DNA of 64,000 bases, taken from a bacterium BMS3Abin03 (GTDB taxonomy: Bacteria; Bacteroidota; Ignavibacteria; Ignavibacteriales; Ignavibacteriaceae). The DNA is taken from positions 633 through 64,632 of the forward strand of contig JAJDNK010000061.1 in NCBI GenBank assembly GCA_022340715.1, written 5' to 3'. Numbering within the stretch: position 1 is the first letter of the stretch; every line of letters starts with the position of its first letter. Positions 1 through 9,536 of this stretch are shown here, piece by piece. Below the pieces are notes generated by a model, which saw only the letters and a program-made list of their open reading frames with translations, did no database searches and was not told the DNA's origin. The position numbers and the translations under genes were made by a program.

Positions 1-964
1 CAGAATCAAATCCGGTTGCAATAACCGTATAAGAAACGTAATCATTCATTTCTTCTTTGCGCACGCAGCCGAATATTACATTCGCTTCTTCACCTGCAGC
101 TTCGAAGATAATGTTGTTACCTTCATTAATTTCCTGCATTGTAAGATTGCTGGAACCTGTAACATTGAGCAGAACACTCTTTGCGCCCTTAATATTCAAT
201 CCTTCAAGCAGCGGACTTGAAATTGCCTTTTGTGCGGCTTCAATTGTGCGATGCTCACCGCTTGCAATTCCGCATCCCATTAATGCTTCACCACTCTGGT
301 TCATTACCGCACGAACATCTGCAAAATCAACGTTGATCAAACCTTCAACTGTGATTATGTCTGCTATTCCTCTTGTTGCTTCGTACAGCACTTCATTCGG
401 TTTATCGAAAGCAGCAAATGCATTTGTTGTGTTATCAAGGATCGAAAGCAGTCTTTCATTAGGAATCACAATCAAACTATCCACATGCTTTCTGAATTCC
501 TGGATTCCCTGTTCAGCATTCAACATTCTTGCTTTACCTTCCCATCGGAATGGTTTGGTAACAATGCCAACTACGAGTGCACCGATACTCTGAGCAACCG
601 AAGCAATTATCGGGGCACCACCAGTACCAGTACCACCGCCCATTCCAGCTGTTACAAAAACCATATCACTCTGAGACAAGACTTCAGCAATCTTCTCGCG
701 ATCTTCTTCCACTGCTTTTCTTCCGATGTTCGGATCTGCTCCGGCACCAAGACCACGTGTGATTGATGTACCAACCTGGATTTTATGAGTTGCCTTATTG
801 CTTTCAAGAACCTGAGCATCAGTGTTCACTGCAATGTATTCAACTCCATCTAATCCTCGTTCGATCATACTATCGATTGCATTGCAACCTCCACCACCAA
901 CACCTACCACCTTTAGTACTGCAGACATCGGTTGATCCTGATCGAGTGTGGCAAATTTATTCAT
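1..964 (-). CDS. ftsZ: Cell division GTPase FtsZ, N-terminal ~321 codons; the 3' end runs off the window start
   Basis: Absent from the ORF track because no stop lies in the window. My reverse-strand translation from the ATG (rc of 962-964) reads MNKFATLDQDQPMSAVLKVVGVGGGGCNAIDSMIERG...GLGAGADPNIGRKAVEE...VTAGMGGGTGTGGAPIIAS, which includes the tubulin/FtsZ GGGTGTG signature. AAGGAGG SD at rc 969-975. Lies directly downstream of ftsA. Confidence 0.93.
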   Translation of the reverse strand, partial: MNKFATLDQDQPMSAVLKVVGVGGGGCNAIDSMIERGLDGVEYIAVNTDAQVLESNKATHKIQVGTSITRGLGAGADPNIGRKAVEEDREKIAEVLSQSDMVFVTAGMGGGTGTGGAPIIASVAQSIGALVVGIVTKPFRWEGKARMLNAEQGIQEFRKHVDSLIVIPNERLLSILDNTTNAFAAFDKPNEVLYEATRGIADIITVEGLINVDFADVRAVMNQSGEALMGCGIASGEHRTIEAAQKAISSPLLEGLNIKGAKSVLLNVTGSSNLTMQEINEGNNIIFEAAGEEANVIFGCVRKEEMNDYVSYTVIATGFDS

Positions 965-981
965 GTTTCCTCCTTAAGGGT

Positions 982-2226
982 TTATAGTTCATCAAAAAAT
1001 TCCTGTACTCTTTTTACTATGTCTTTTATTTTTGTTTTCTTTCTTTTACTCCTGATGAGAGTTTGAAATTCACTCGACTTCTCACCGGGAATACCTCTGA
1101 TTAGTCCTGCAACAGTTGCAAACTCAGGACTTTCAATTTCATTAGCCAATCCCTGACCTAAATCCTGCGGCACACCAATTCTTGCCGGAAGACCAAAAAC
1201 TTCTTTTGCCAGATCTGTTGTACCACGTAGCAGAGAACCGCCTCCGGTTAAAACTATTCCGGCTTTGATTTTATTTTTAAAACCTGCATTTCTTATTTCG
1301 TTATCCACCAGGGTAAACAGTTCTCTCATTCTAAGTCCGATAATTTGTGTTAACAAACTGATCGGTATTTTTGTATTTCCTCTCGCACCCACGCCTCTTA
1401 TAAGAATATCTTCGTCTCTTATAATCGCCGTATCAGTTGCGTATCCAAATTCCTTTTTCAAATTTTCTGCTTCTTCTGAAACAACACCGAGCGATTCACG
1501 TATATCGTTTGTTACCTGGTTACCTGCAATGCCTATTACCTTCGTATGTTTAATAGCTTTTTTATGAAAGATCGCTATGTCGGTTGTTCCGCCTCCGATA
1601 TCTATCAATGCCACTCCAAGATCCATTTCATTTTCTTCGAGAATAGATGTACTGGAAGCAATTGGCTGAAGGATATAATCGTGAACTCTTAAACCTGCAC
1701 GCTCAACAGATTTCTTTATGTTTTGAATTGCAGGCACTGAAGCCAGAACAACATGATTGCTTGCTTCCAACCTGGAACCGGAAATTCCGATAGGGTTTTC
1801 TATTCCATTTTGATAATCAACCGAATATTCTTCGGGAATAATATGAAGTATCTGGCGATCGGACGGAATTCGAATCGTTCTTACATCCGCTTCAAGTCTG
1901 TTTAGATCATCTTTTGTGATTTCTTTTTCTTCACTCGTTATTGTAACATAATTCCGATGACGAATGCTTGTAATATGTTCACCGGCAACTCCAACATTTA
2001 TCGTATTCACCGTTATGCCTGCACGGTTGCTTGCAACAGACATAGCTGCTTTTATTGCCTCAGCAGTTTTACCGATGTTGGCAACTAATCCTTTATGCAG
2101 TCCTTCAGAAGGAGCTACACCAAATCCAAGAATGTTGAATTTATTTGTTTCGTTATCACGTTCAGCAATAACCGCACATACTTTAGTAGTACCTAAATCC
2201 AATCCTGCTATTATGTCTTTTTTCAT
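982..2226 (-). CDS. ftsA: Cell division protein FtsA (actin-like ATPase)
   Basis: 414 aa with DLGTTKVCAVIAE and IDIGGGTTDIAIF phosphate-binding motifs. Positioned between ftsQ and ftsZ. Confidence 0.93.
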   Translation of the reverse strand: MKKDIIAGLDLGTTKVCAVIAERDNETNKFNILGFGVAPSEGLHKGLVANIGKTAEAIKAAMSVASNRAGITVNTINVGVAGEHITSIRHRNYVTITSEEKEITKDDLNRLEADVRTIRIPSDRQILHIIPEEYSVDYQNGIENPIGISGSRLEASNHVVLASVPAIQNIKKSVERAGLRVHDYILQPIASSTSILEENEMDLGVALIDIGGGTTDIAIFHKKAIKHTKVIGIAGNQVTNDIRESLGVVSEEAENLKKEFGYATDTAIIRDEDILIRGVGARGNTKIPISLLTQIIGLRMRELFTLVDNEIRNAGFKNKIKAGIVLTGGGSLLRGTTDLAKEVFGLPARIGVPQDLGQGLANEIESPEFATVAGLIRGIPGEKSSEFQTLIRSKRKKTKIKDIVKRVQEFFDEL

Positions 2227-2990
2227 CCGTTTGTTTCCGAAGATTCAGTTTTACCAATAAAAATTTCATTATTAAATCTTAAATCGACATAGCTTGTGTT
2301 CTTAAACGGTTCTTTTTGTTTTCTCAATCCTTCCCAGATTGAATAAAGAGCAACAATCTTACTTCCTTCCAAACCTTTACCAAATATCACCGGACATTTT
2401 ACATGAGAAAATGTAAGAATGATATCACCGCCGAATCTCAGGTTAATTCCGGTAAGATTATTCAACATTGTTTCGCTTACAGTTTTTGCTGCATCGATTA
2501 TTTTAAAAGCATTGAATAAGTTAAAATTTTTAACTCGTCCCGAATTGATCTCCGCTTTTGTTAAACTTACATTACTAATCACCGGCATTTTTGATATATC
2601 GGAATTCGGTTCAAGCTTAACGAGTTCAAAACTATTTGTAATCAGGTAAGGATTATTAGCTGTAAGTAAAACGGCCATAAAATCCTTTTCAAAAATCCTG
2701 ATAACAACTTTATTTTTTCCTGCCAGTTGAACTTCAGCTTTGCTTACATAAGAATGTTTAATTATTCTCGATTTTATGTTATGCAAAGTCAGTTCGGAGT
2801 ATTCGGCAACATTATGCAAATCAGTTGTTTTTAAATAATCACTTACCGGAAGAATTTTATTTCCTTCGATTACTATTTCAGTAAAGTCATTCTTTTTAGT
2901 TTCCGACTTGAAGGAACTCACATAAAAAATTCCTGCAATAATCAATAAGAATAAAACTATACCTGTTATCGTTCCGAACTTTTCTTTCAT
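2223..2990 (-). CDS. ftsQ: Cell division protein FtsQ (N-terminal TM helix, POTRA-type periplasmic part)
   Basis: 255 aa with one N-terminal hydrophobic helix (ITGIVLFLLIIAGIFYV). Synteny murC-ftsQ-ftsA; 4-nt overlaps with both neighbours. Confidence 0.75.
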   Translation of the reverse strand: MKEKFGTITGIVLFLLIIAGIFYVSSFKSETKKNDFTEIVIEGNKILPVSDYLKTTDLHNVAEYSELTLHNIKSRIIKHSYVSKAEVQLAGKNKVVIRIFEKDFMAVLLTANNPYLITNSFELVKLEPNSDISKMPVISNVSLTKAEINSGRVKNFNLFNAFKIIDAAKTVSETMLNNLTGINLRFGGDIILTFSHVKCPVIFGKGLEGSKIVALYSIWEGLRKQKEPFKNTSYVDLRFNNEIFIGKTESSETNG

Positions 2991-4366
2991 ATTGTTTTAT
3001 TCTCCATCATTTCTACGAACTTATTCCCGAACTTCCAGATGTCACCGGCACCCATTGTAACAACTATGTCTTTATCTTTAACTATACTCATTAAAAATTC
3101 AGGTACTTTATTTTTATCAGCAATGTAATGGACATTTTTATGCCCGAATTTTTCTGTGATGTCGGAAATCAGCTTACCTGAAACACCTTCAATCGGTTTT
3201 TCTCTTGCTGGATAAACATCAGTACAAATAAAAACATCCGTATTTAAAAACGATCTTCCGAATTCCTGGTAAAAGTCTCTAGTACGTGAATAAAGATGCG
3301 GTTGAAAAACGACAACTAATCTTCTATCCCAGCCTGCTCTTATGCCGGACAAAGTTGCCGTTGTTTCGGTTGGATGATGTGCATAATCATCCACAACTAA
3401 AATTTTCTTATCATATTTAATTTCGAATCTCCTGTATACCCCGGAAAACTTTTCAAGAGCTTTTTTGATTTTTGGAAATTCAATACCTAACTCCCTTGCA
3501 ATTGAAACCGCAACTAAAGAGTTTTTCACATTGTGTAGTCCGGGAACATTAAGTTTTATTTTACCAAGCTCTTCACCTTTATACTTAACTGTATAAGTGC
3601 TCGAAAACTCACTATGTGCAATATCGACTGCTCTTATATCCGCCTGGGCAGTAACTCCGTATGTTAAAGCCTTTTTGTTTATCGACGGCTTAATGTCCTG
3701 CAACGCAGGTTCGTCTAGACAAATAACAACAAATCCGTAAAAAGGAACTTTGTTTGCAAACTCGATAAATGCAGATTTTATATCATCGAGGTCTTTATAA
3801 GTATCCAGATGTTCGCTTTCCAATGTTGTTAATACTGCAATTACCGGCGTAAGTTTCAAAAACGTTCTGTCAAATTCATCCGCTTCAACAACAATGAATT
3901 CACCATTACCCAATCTCGCATTTGTTCCACCAAGACCGCTAAGCTTACCTCCAACAATGATTGTTGGATCAATTCCTCCTTCTGTTAAAGTTAATCCGAC
4001 CATACTTGTAGTTGTAGTTTTACCATGAGTTCCAGCGATACCAATTCCGTACTTCATTCTCATAGTTTCAGCAAGCATCTCTGATCTTTTTATGATCGGA
4101 ATATTTCTTTTTACCGCAGCTACCACTTCAGGATTGTCGGTAGTTACAGCAGAGGAGTAAACAAGTACGTCGGCATCCTTCAAATTTTCCGGCGAATGTC
4201 CCTCATAAACTTCTGCGCCAAGATCTTTCAATCGATCTGTAACTTCCGACAAAGCTCTATCGGAGCCTGAAACTTCAAAGCCCTGATCTATAAGTATTTC
4301 AGCAATACCGCTCATTCCTATTCCGCCAATTCCAACAAAGTGTACCTTTTTTATATTCTTAAACAT
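2987..4366 (-). CDS. murC: UDP-N-acetylmuramate--L-alanine ligase
   Basis: 459 aa with GIGGIGMSGIAEIL and the Mur ligase P-loop GTHGKTTTTSM. Confidence 0.93.
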   Translation of the reverse strand: MFKNIKKVHFVGIGGIGMSGIAEILIDQGFEVSGSDRALSEVTDRLKDLGAEVYEGHSPENLKDADVLVYSSAVTTDNPEVVAAVKRNIPIIKRSEMLAETMRMKYGIGIAGTHGKTTTTSMVGLTLTEGGIDPTIIVGGKLSGLGGTNARLGNGEFIVVEADEFDRTFLKLTPVIAVLTTLESEHLDTYKDLDDIKSAFIEFANKVPFYGFVVICLDEPALQDIKPSINKKALTYGVTAQADIRAVDIAHSEFSSTYTVKYKGEELGKIKLNVPGLHNVKNSLVAVSIARELGIEFPKIKKALEKFSGVYRRFEIKYDKKILVVDDYAHHPTETTATLSGIRAGWDRRLVVVFQPHLYSRTRDFYQEFGRSFLNTDVFICTDVYPAREKPIEGVSGKLISDITEKFGHKNVHYIADKNKVPEFLMSIVKDKDIVVTMGAGDIWKFGNKFVEMMENKTI

Positions 4367-4845
4367 TACTTGTTTTCAACAATCGATTTTAATTCCATGA
4401 GCTTGTTATACAGATCATCTTCCTTATCGTAATCCGAAATCCGGAACATAATCGGTCTCATTCTGTCTTCAATTTTAATTCTAACAATTCTCAGTCTTTT
4501 AGGTTTTGATGTTCTTCTTTCCCTAAAAAATTTCACCCGAATAATCTGTTCTTTACCAAACCTTCTCTCTTTAAACCTATCTATAAATGCTATACCTGAT
4601 TCAGATATTTCAATGTGCTTGTTAAGAAAAAGATAGTAGAGAAGCACGATTAATGAGAACACCACAATGAGTGCAAGAAAGTAGAGTATCGGATCTTTCG
4701 TTACCAGAACGAATGAGTCTTCCACAAACTCTCCTCTTATGATCAGGTACAACGCAAAAACCACGAAGTATATTATTGTTGATTGATAATAGAACGACAT
4801 ATTGTATTTAAAAACATTTTCTCTATTTGAAGAATCTGAACTCAT
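4366..4845 (-). CDS. Hypothetical membrane protein embedded in the dcw cluster (2 predicted TM helices plus a basic C-terminal domain)
   Basis: 159-aa ORF with hydrophobic stretches IIYFVVFALYLII and ILYFLALIVVFSLIVLLYYLF. Its start overlaps the murG stop (ATGA, 4842-4845) and its stop overlaps the murC start (TAATG, shared T at 4366). I recognise no family. Confidence 0.6.
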   Translation of the reverse strand: MSSDSSNRENVFKYNMSFYYQSTIIYFVVFALYLIIRGEFVEDSFVLVTKDPILYFLALIVVFSLIVLLYYLFLNKHIEISESGIAFIDRFKERRFGKEQIIRVKFFRERRTSKPKRLRIVRIKIEDRMRPIMFRISDYDKEDDLYNKLMELKSIVENK

Positions 4846-5945
4846 GATGCCTCCAAATATTTTATTGCTCTTGTTGCAATAGTTTCAGCCGCATCCAGTT
4901 TTCCAAGAGAACGGGCATTAAGTTTTAATTCGTTCAGCTTGTTTTCTGTATTAATTAATTCACTTACTCTTTTGTACAACTCATCATTTAACATTTCATC
5001 TTTTATCAAAACAGCAGCATTTTTTTCTTCCAAAGATTTAGCATTATGATATTGATGATTTTCCGCTACGTTTGGCGAGGGTACAAGTATCGATGGTATT
5101 CCGAGAGCCAAGACTTCCGCAATTGTTGTTGCACCCGCACGAGCCAAAAGCAAATCGCAGGTAGAATAAGCTGCATTCATATCATCTATAAACTCAAGTA
5201 CTTTTACATCAGAACCGTTCAGGTTTTCGTATTCTTTGAAATAATTTTTACCTGTTTGCCATAAAACCTGAATACCTTTTTCTTCTAATCTATTTACAAT
5301 TGCTGCCATTGCCTTATTAATAGAAGCAGCGCCAAGACTTCCACCAATTATCAAAAGAGTTTTCTTTCCTGTCGATAATCCAAACTTCTTTAATGCTTTT
5401 TCTTTTTCTTCTGTGCCTAAATTTTTTCTAACAGGATTTCCTGTCAGGTGAAGCCTATCTTTTCGCCTCAAGTATTTTTCAGAATCTGTAAAACTTATAT
5501 GAACTTCATTTGCATAACGCTCAAGCAATCTTGTTGTTATACCCGGGTAACTGTTTTGTTCAAGTAATATAATTTTGGCTCCCAAAACAGATGAGCCCCA
5601 TATTGCCGGACCAGAAACATAACCGCCAGTCCCAATTGCAACACGTGGCATAAATTTCATATTTATGACAATCGACTGAATCAACGAAATAAAAAGCTTA
5701 ACCGGGAATAAAATATTTTCAAGATTGAATTTTCTTGAAAAACCTTTTATCCAGATCGATTTGAATCTATACCCTAATTCAGGCACAACCTTTCCTTCAA
5801 TCTTCGATTTAGTTCCTACAAATAATATTTCCGTTTCTGGTTTCATTTCTTTTATTTTTTCAGCAACAGCAATTGCCGGAAACAGGTGACCACCGGTACC
5901 ACCTCCGGCAATCAATATCCTGTATCGCGTCTTTACGCTGCTCAT
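4842..5945 (-). CDS. murG: Undecaprenyldiphospho-muramoylpentapeptide beta-N-acetylglucosaminyltransferase
   Basis: 367 aa with the N-terminal GGGTGGHLFPAIAVA motif. dcw synteny. Confidence 0.92.
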   Translation of the reverse strand: MSSVKTRYRILIAGGGTGGHLFPAIAVAEKIKEMKPETEILFVGTKSKIEGKVVPELGYRFKSIWIKGFSRKFNLENILFPVKLFISLIQSIVINMKFMPRVAIGTGGYVSGPAIWGSSVLGAKIILLEQNSYPGITTRLLERYANEVHISFTDSEKYLRRKDRLHLTGNPVRKNLGTEEKEKALKKFGLSTGKKTLLIIGGSLGAASINKAMAAIVNRLEEKGIQVLWQTGKNYFKEYENLNGSDVKVLEFIDDMNAAYSTCDLLLARAGATTIAEVLALGIPSILVPSPNVAENHQYHNAKSLEEKNAAVLIKDEMLNDELYKRVSELINTENKLNELKLNARSLGKLDAAETIATRAIKYLEAS

Positions 5946-7081
5946 GTTTCAACTTCAGCAAGAGGATGACCGGAAATATCATCATCAACTGAATCCGATT
6001 TTTTCTGATTTGAAAGAGCAATGTTTATTAATATTCCGATTCCAATACATACAAACAGAAGCGAGGTACCACCGTAACTTATAAACGGAAGTGGCAACCC
6101 TGTTGTCGGCATCAAACCTGTAGTAACCGCCATGTTCACAAGTGCATAAGAAACAATTGAAATTGTTATTCCAAATGCAAGAAGTTGTCCAAATCTATCC
6201 CTAGCTTTTTTCGCAATTAAAATTCCCGAAATAAAAAGAAGTAAATAACACGCAATTACAAACACTGTACCTATGAAGCCTGTTTCCTCACCAAGTATTG
6301 CAAAAATAAAATCACCATAAGCCTCTGGAAGAAACAGGTTACTTTGCATACTGTTTCCAATACCAACACCAAAAATTCCACCGCTGCCAAGACTATAAAG
6401 CGCTTGCTTCACCTGAAGGTTAGGGACACCACCATTGAATATTGCATTGAAGAACGAAAAAATTCTTTCTCTTGTATGTGGATAAATCATAGCCACAATA
6501 CCGCCGGAAGAAATAAACATCAACGTTGAAATCATTATATGCTTTAACCTTGCTCCGCCCACATATAATAATGAGAGCGATATTAAAATGATAAGTATTC
6601 CCGTGCTAAAATTCGGCTGTACAATAATCAAGGATGATATTGCTACAATCCAGAGAAACATTGGAATATATACATGCCGATAATCATCAAGCAGGTCATG
6701 TTTTTGATCCAGCATATATGCCAGGTGAATTACGAGTACTAACTTTGCCAGGTCTGCTGGTTGTATAGAAAACAACCAAAGATTCAACCATCGTGCTGCA
6801 CCTTTGATGTTAGGCGCTGCAATTAAAGTAAAAACCAGAACACCGATCATTATAAAAATTGCTGCTTTGCTGTAACCTTTGTACAATTCATAAGGAACAA
6901 AGCTGAATAAAATCAAAAATGAAATACTCAGAATAACTTTAAACAAGTGAGAGTTAAACAGGTAAAAGACACTATCAAACCTGTTTAAGCTGTAAGTACT
7001 GCTGGCACTCAAAACGATTACAAGTCCTAACAACATTAGAGCAAAAGCATCAAAAAATATTGTGATTGCAAGTTTTTTCAT
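5942..7081 (-). CDS. ftsW: SEDS-family peptidoglycan glycosyltransferase FtsW
   Basis: 379 aa, polytopic, with the PEAYGDFIFAILGEETGFIG motif. Positioned between murD and murG. Confidence 0.9.
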   Translation of the reverse strand: MKKLAITIFFDAFALMLLGLVIVLSASSTYSLNRFDSVFYLFNSHLFKVILSISFLILFSFVPYELYKGYSKAAIFIMIGVLVFTLIAAPNIKGAARWLNLWLFSIQPADLAKLVLVIHLAYMLDQKHDLLDDYRHVYIPMFLWIVAISSLIIVQPNFSTGILIILISLSLLYVGGARLKHIMISTLMFISSGGIVAMIYPHTRERIFSFFNAIFNGGVPNLQVKQALYSLGSGGIFGVGIGNSMQSNLFLPEAYGDFIFAILGEETGFIGTVFVIACYLLLFISGILIAKKARDRFGQLLAFGITISIVSYALVNMAVTTGLMPTTGLPLPFISYGGTSLLFVCIGIGILINIALSNQKKSDSVDDDISGHPLAEVET

Positions 7082-8427
7082 TATAACCTGTTAACAACCT
7101 CCTTAAAAACTCGCCCGCGATGCTCGTAATTATCGAACATATCAAAGCTTGCGCAGGCAGGTGATAATAAAACGATGTCTCCCTTTCTCGTCTCATTTAT
7201 TGCCGAAGTAACAGCATCTTCTAACGAATTCTTTATTTCTACTTTCACATTCGAGTGGAAGAAATTAAAAACCTTCTCAGCGGATGAACCGATAGCATAT
7301 ATTTTTTTCACACGTTCTATCACTAATGCTTTAATTTGCTCGTAATTATTTCCTTTATCCTGTCCACCAAGAATTAAGAATATTGGTTCGTTAAAACTTC
7401 TTAATGCGTACCAGACTGAATCAACGTTAGTTGCCTTCGAATCGTTGATGAATTTGACACCATCGATTTCTCTTACTAATTCAAGGCGATGCTCTACGCC
7501 ATCAAAAGTTTGCAAAGCTTTAATGATCCGTTCATTATCCAGATTATAAATTTTAGCTGCACAGATTACAGCCATTGCATTTGCAAGGTTATGATCACCT
7601 TTAATTTTCACATCCGAAACATTACAGCTAAACTCTTCCCTTGAATTAAGTCTGAAATAAATTTTATTTTCTTTTTTAAAACAGCCGTTATCTACCTCCT
7701 CATTCAAAGAGAAATAGAACGATTTACTTTTATGATCATTTAAATATTTCAGCACTTCACCATTATCTTTGTTAAGTATCAGGTAGTCGTTTTCATCCTG
7801 GTTCTCATATATTTTTTGTTTTGAAGAAGCATAGTTTTCAACTTTATTTTCATAACGATTCAGATGATCAGGTGTTATATTTAGAATCATCGCAACGCTA
7901 GGTTTAAACTGATCGATCAGATCCAATTGAAAGCTTGAAACCTCAAGAGCAACAAATTCATTTTCTTCAACATCTAGAGCAATTTCTGAAAATGCCAAGC
8001 CTATATTTCCTGCAACAAATGTATTGAAACCGCTCTGATTGAAAACATGACCACATAAGCTTGTTGTTGTTGTCTTACCATTCGTTCCGGTTATCGCGAT
8101 TATTTTACCTTTACAAACTCTAAATGCAAATTCTACTTCACTGATCAAATCAATCTTGAATTTTCTTGCTTTTATTAATATTGGTGCATCGTTTGGTACA
8201 CCGGGACTTACAATCATTAATTCGCAATCATAAACCCTATCCGAATGTTTTCCGGTTTCAAACTCTATATTTTCTTTTTTCAAATCATTAATTGAATCTT
8301 TCAACTTTACTTCATCACTCATATCACTAACGAATGGAATTCCACCTAACTTCTGTACAAGCTTAGCAGCGCTAATTCCGCTTCTTACTGCTCCTATTAC
8401 CGTTATTTTTTTGTTTTTTATTTCCAT
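7081..8427 (-). CDS. murD: UDP-N-acetylmuramoylalanine--D-glutamate ligase
   Basis: 448 aa with the Mur ligase P-loop GTNGKTTTTSL. dcw synteny. Confidence 0.92.
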   Translation of the reverse strand: MEIKNKKITVIGAVRSGISAAKLVQKLGGIPFVSDMSDEVKLKDSINDLKKENIEFETGKHSDRVYDCELMIVSPGVPNDAPILIKARKFKIDLISEVEFAFRVCKGKIIAITGTNGKTTTTSLCGHVFNQSGFNTFVAGNIGLAFSEIALDVEENEFVALEVSSFQLDLIDQFKPSVAMILNITPDHLNRYENKVENYASSKQKIYENQDENDYLILNKDNGEVLKYLNDHKSKSFYFSLNEEVDNGCFKKENKIYFRLNSREEFSCNVSDVKIKGDHNLANAMAVICAAKIYNLDNERIIKALQTFDGVEHRLELVREIDGVKFINDSKATNVDSVWYALRSFNEPIFLILGGQDKGNNYEQIKALVIERVKKIYAIGSSAEKVFNFFHSNVKVEIKNSLEDAVTSAINETRKGDIVLLSPACASFDMFDNYEHRGRVFKEVVNRL

Positions 8428-9536
8428 TACCTAATCTTAAATGAAACCAGACTCACGATCGCAAGAATTATTGCTATTATGTAAAAACGAACAACGATTT
8501 TCGGTTCCTGCCAGCCTTTCATTTCAAAATGATGATGAATCGGCGCCATTTTAAAAACACGTTTTCCTTCACCGTATTTTTTCTTCGTGTATTTGAAATA
8601 AAGTCTTTGAATAATGACTGAAATAGTTTCCATGAAAAACACACCACCCAGAATTGGGATGAATAATTCCTTTTTTATAAGAACTGCTAGTATTCCAAAT
8701 GCGCCACCAAGAGCAAGTGAGCCAGTATCTCCCATAAACACCTGGGCTGGGTAACAATTGAACCAAAGAAATCCAAGTGATGCACCGACAAGGGCAGCAA
8801 CAAATACTGTTAACTCACCGGAGCCGGGCATATAAATTATATTCAGGTATTCTGCAAGTCTTACATTTCCAGTTATATAGCTTAACAGAGCCAAGGCAAT
8901 CATCACAATTGCACTTACACCTATTGCTAATCCGTCTAATCCGTCTGTTAAGTTTACAGCGTTTGAAGTAGCTGTTACGATAAAAACAACAGCCGGAATG
9001 TAAAGTACCGACAAATCAAGATTTACATTTTTTAAGAACGGAACTGTTGTAAGTGTGTTGAAATCCTGAAACTCAGGCAACAAATAAATTGCAACACCTA
9101 TTACAAGCCCTATAAAAACCTGACCAAGTAATTTGTATCTTCCTATTAATCCATTAGGATATTTTTTAACTACTTTCAGGTAGTCATCTAAAAATCCAAC
9201 TGCACCTAACCAAAGCGTACCAACGGTTAAAAGAATTACATACACACTTTTAATATCTCCCCACAGCAAAACAGGAACAAAAACAGAAAGAAGAATGATC
9301 AGCCCTCCCATAGTCGGTGTGCCCGCTTTCGACCAATGAAATTTAGGACCATCCTGCTTCTTAGCTTCACCAATCTGGTTCTTTGTCAGGTAATTTATTA
9401 TACGCGGTCCGACATAAACGGCAAGGAATAATCCCGTAATAGCTGCAAGTGCAGAACGAAAAGTTAAGAACCTGAAAATATCAAATCCCGGTGGCCCGTA
9501 TACTTTATTTATATAATTGAATAAATAGTATAACAT
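8427..9536 (-). CDS. mraY: Phospho-N-acetylmuramoyl-pentapeptide transferase
   Basis: 369 aa, polytopic, with NAVNLTDGLDGLA and PIHHHFE motifs. Confidence 0.94.
   Translation of the reverse strand: MLYYLFNYINKVYGPPGFDIFRFLTFRSALAAITGLFLAVYVGPRIINYLTKNQIGEAKKQDGPKFHWSKAGTPTMGGLIILLSVFVPVLLWGDIKSVYVILLTVGTLWLGAVGFLDDYLKVVKKYPNGLIGRYKLLGQVFIGLVIGVAIYLLPEFQDFNTLTTVPFLKNVNLDLSVLYIPAVVFIVTATSNAVNLTDGLDGLAIGVSAIVMIALALLSYITGNVRLAEYLNIIYMPGSGELTVFVAALVGASLGFLWFNCYPAQVFMGDTGSLALGGAFGILAVLIKKELFIPILGGVFFMETISVIIQRLYFKYTKKKYGEGKRVFKMAPIHHHFEMKGWQEPKIVVRFYIIAIILAIVSLVSFKIR

Noticed and set aside
57-987. Four plus-strand ORFs (57-593, 485-766, 577-762, 763-987) at the window start
   Set aside because: They lie antisense to, or out of frame with, a clear FtsZ reading frame on the minus strand (GGGTGTG signature, SD). 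Their translations are low-complexity (S/L/P/C-rich) with no start context. They are shadow ORFs.
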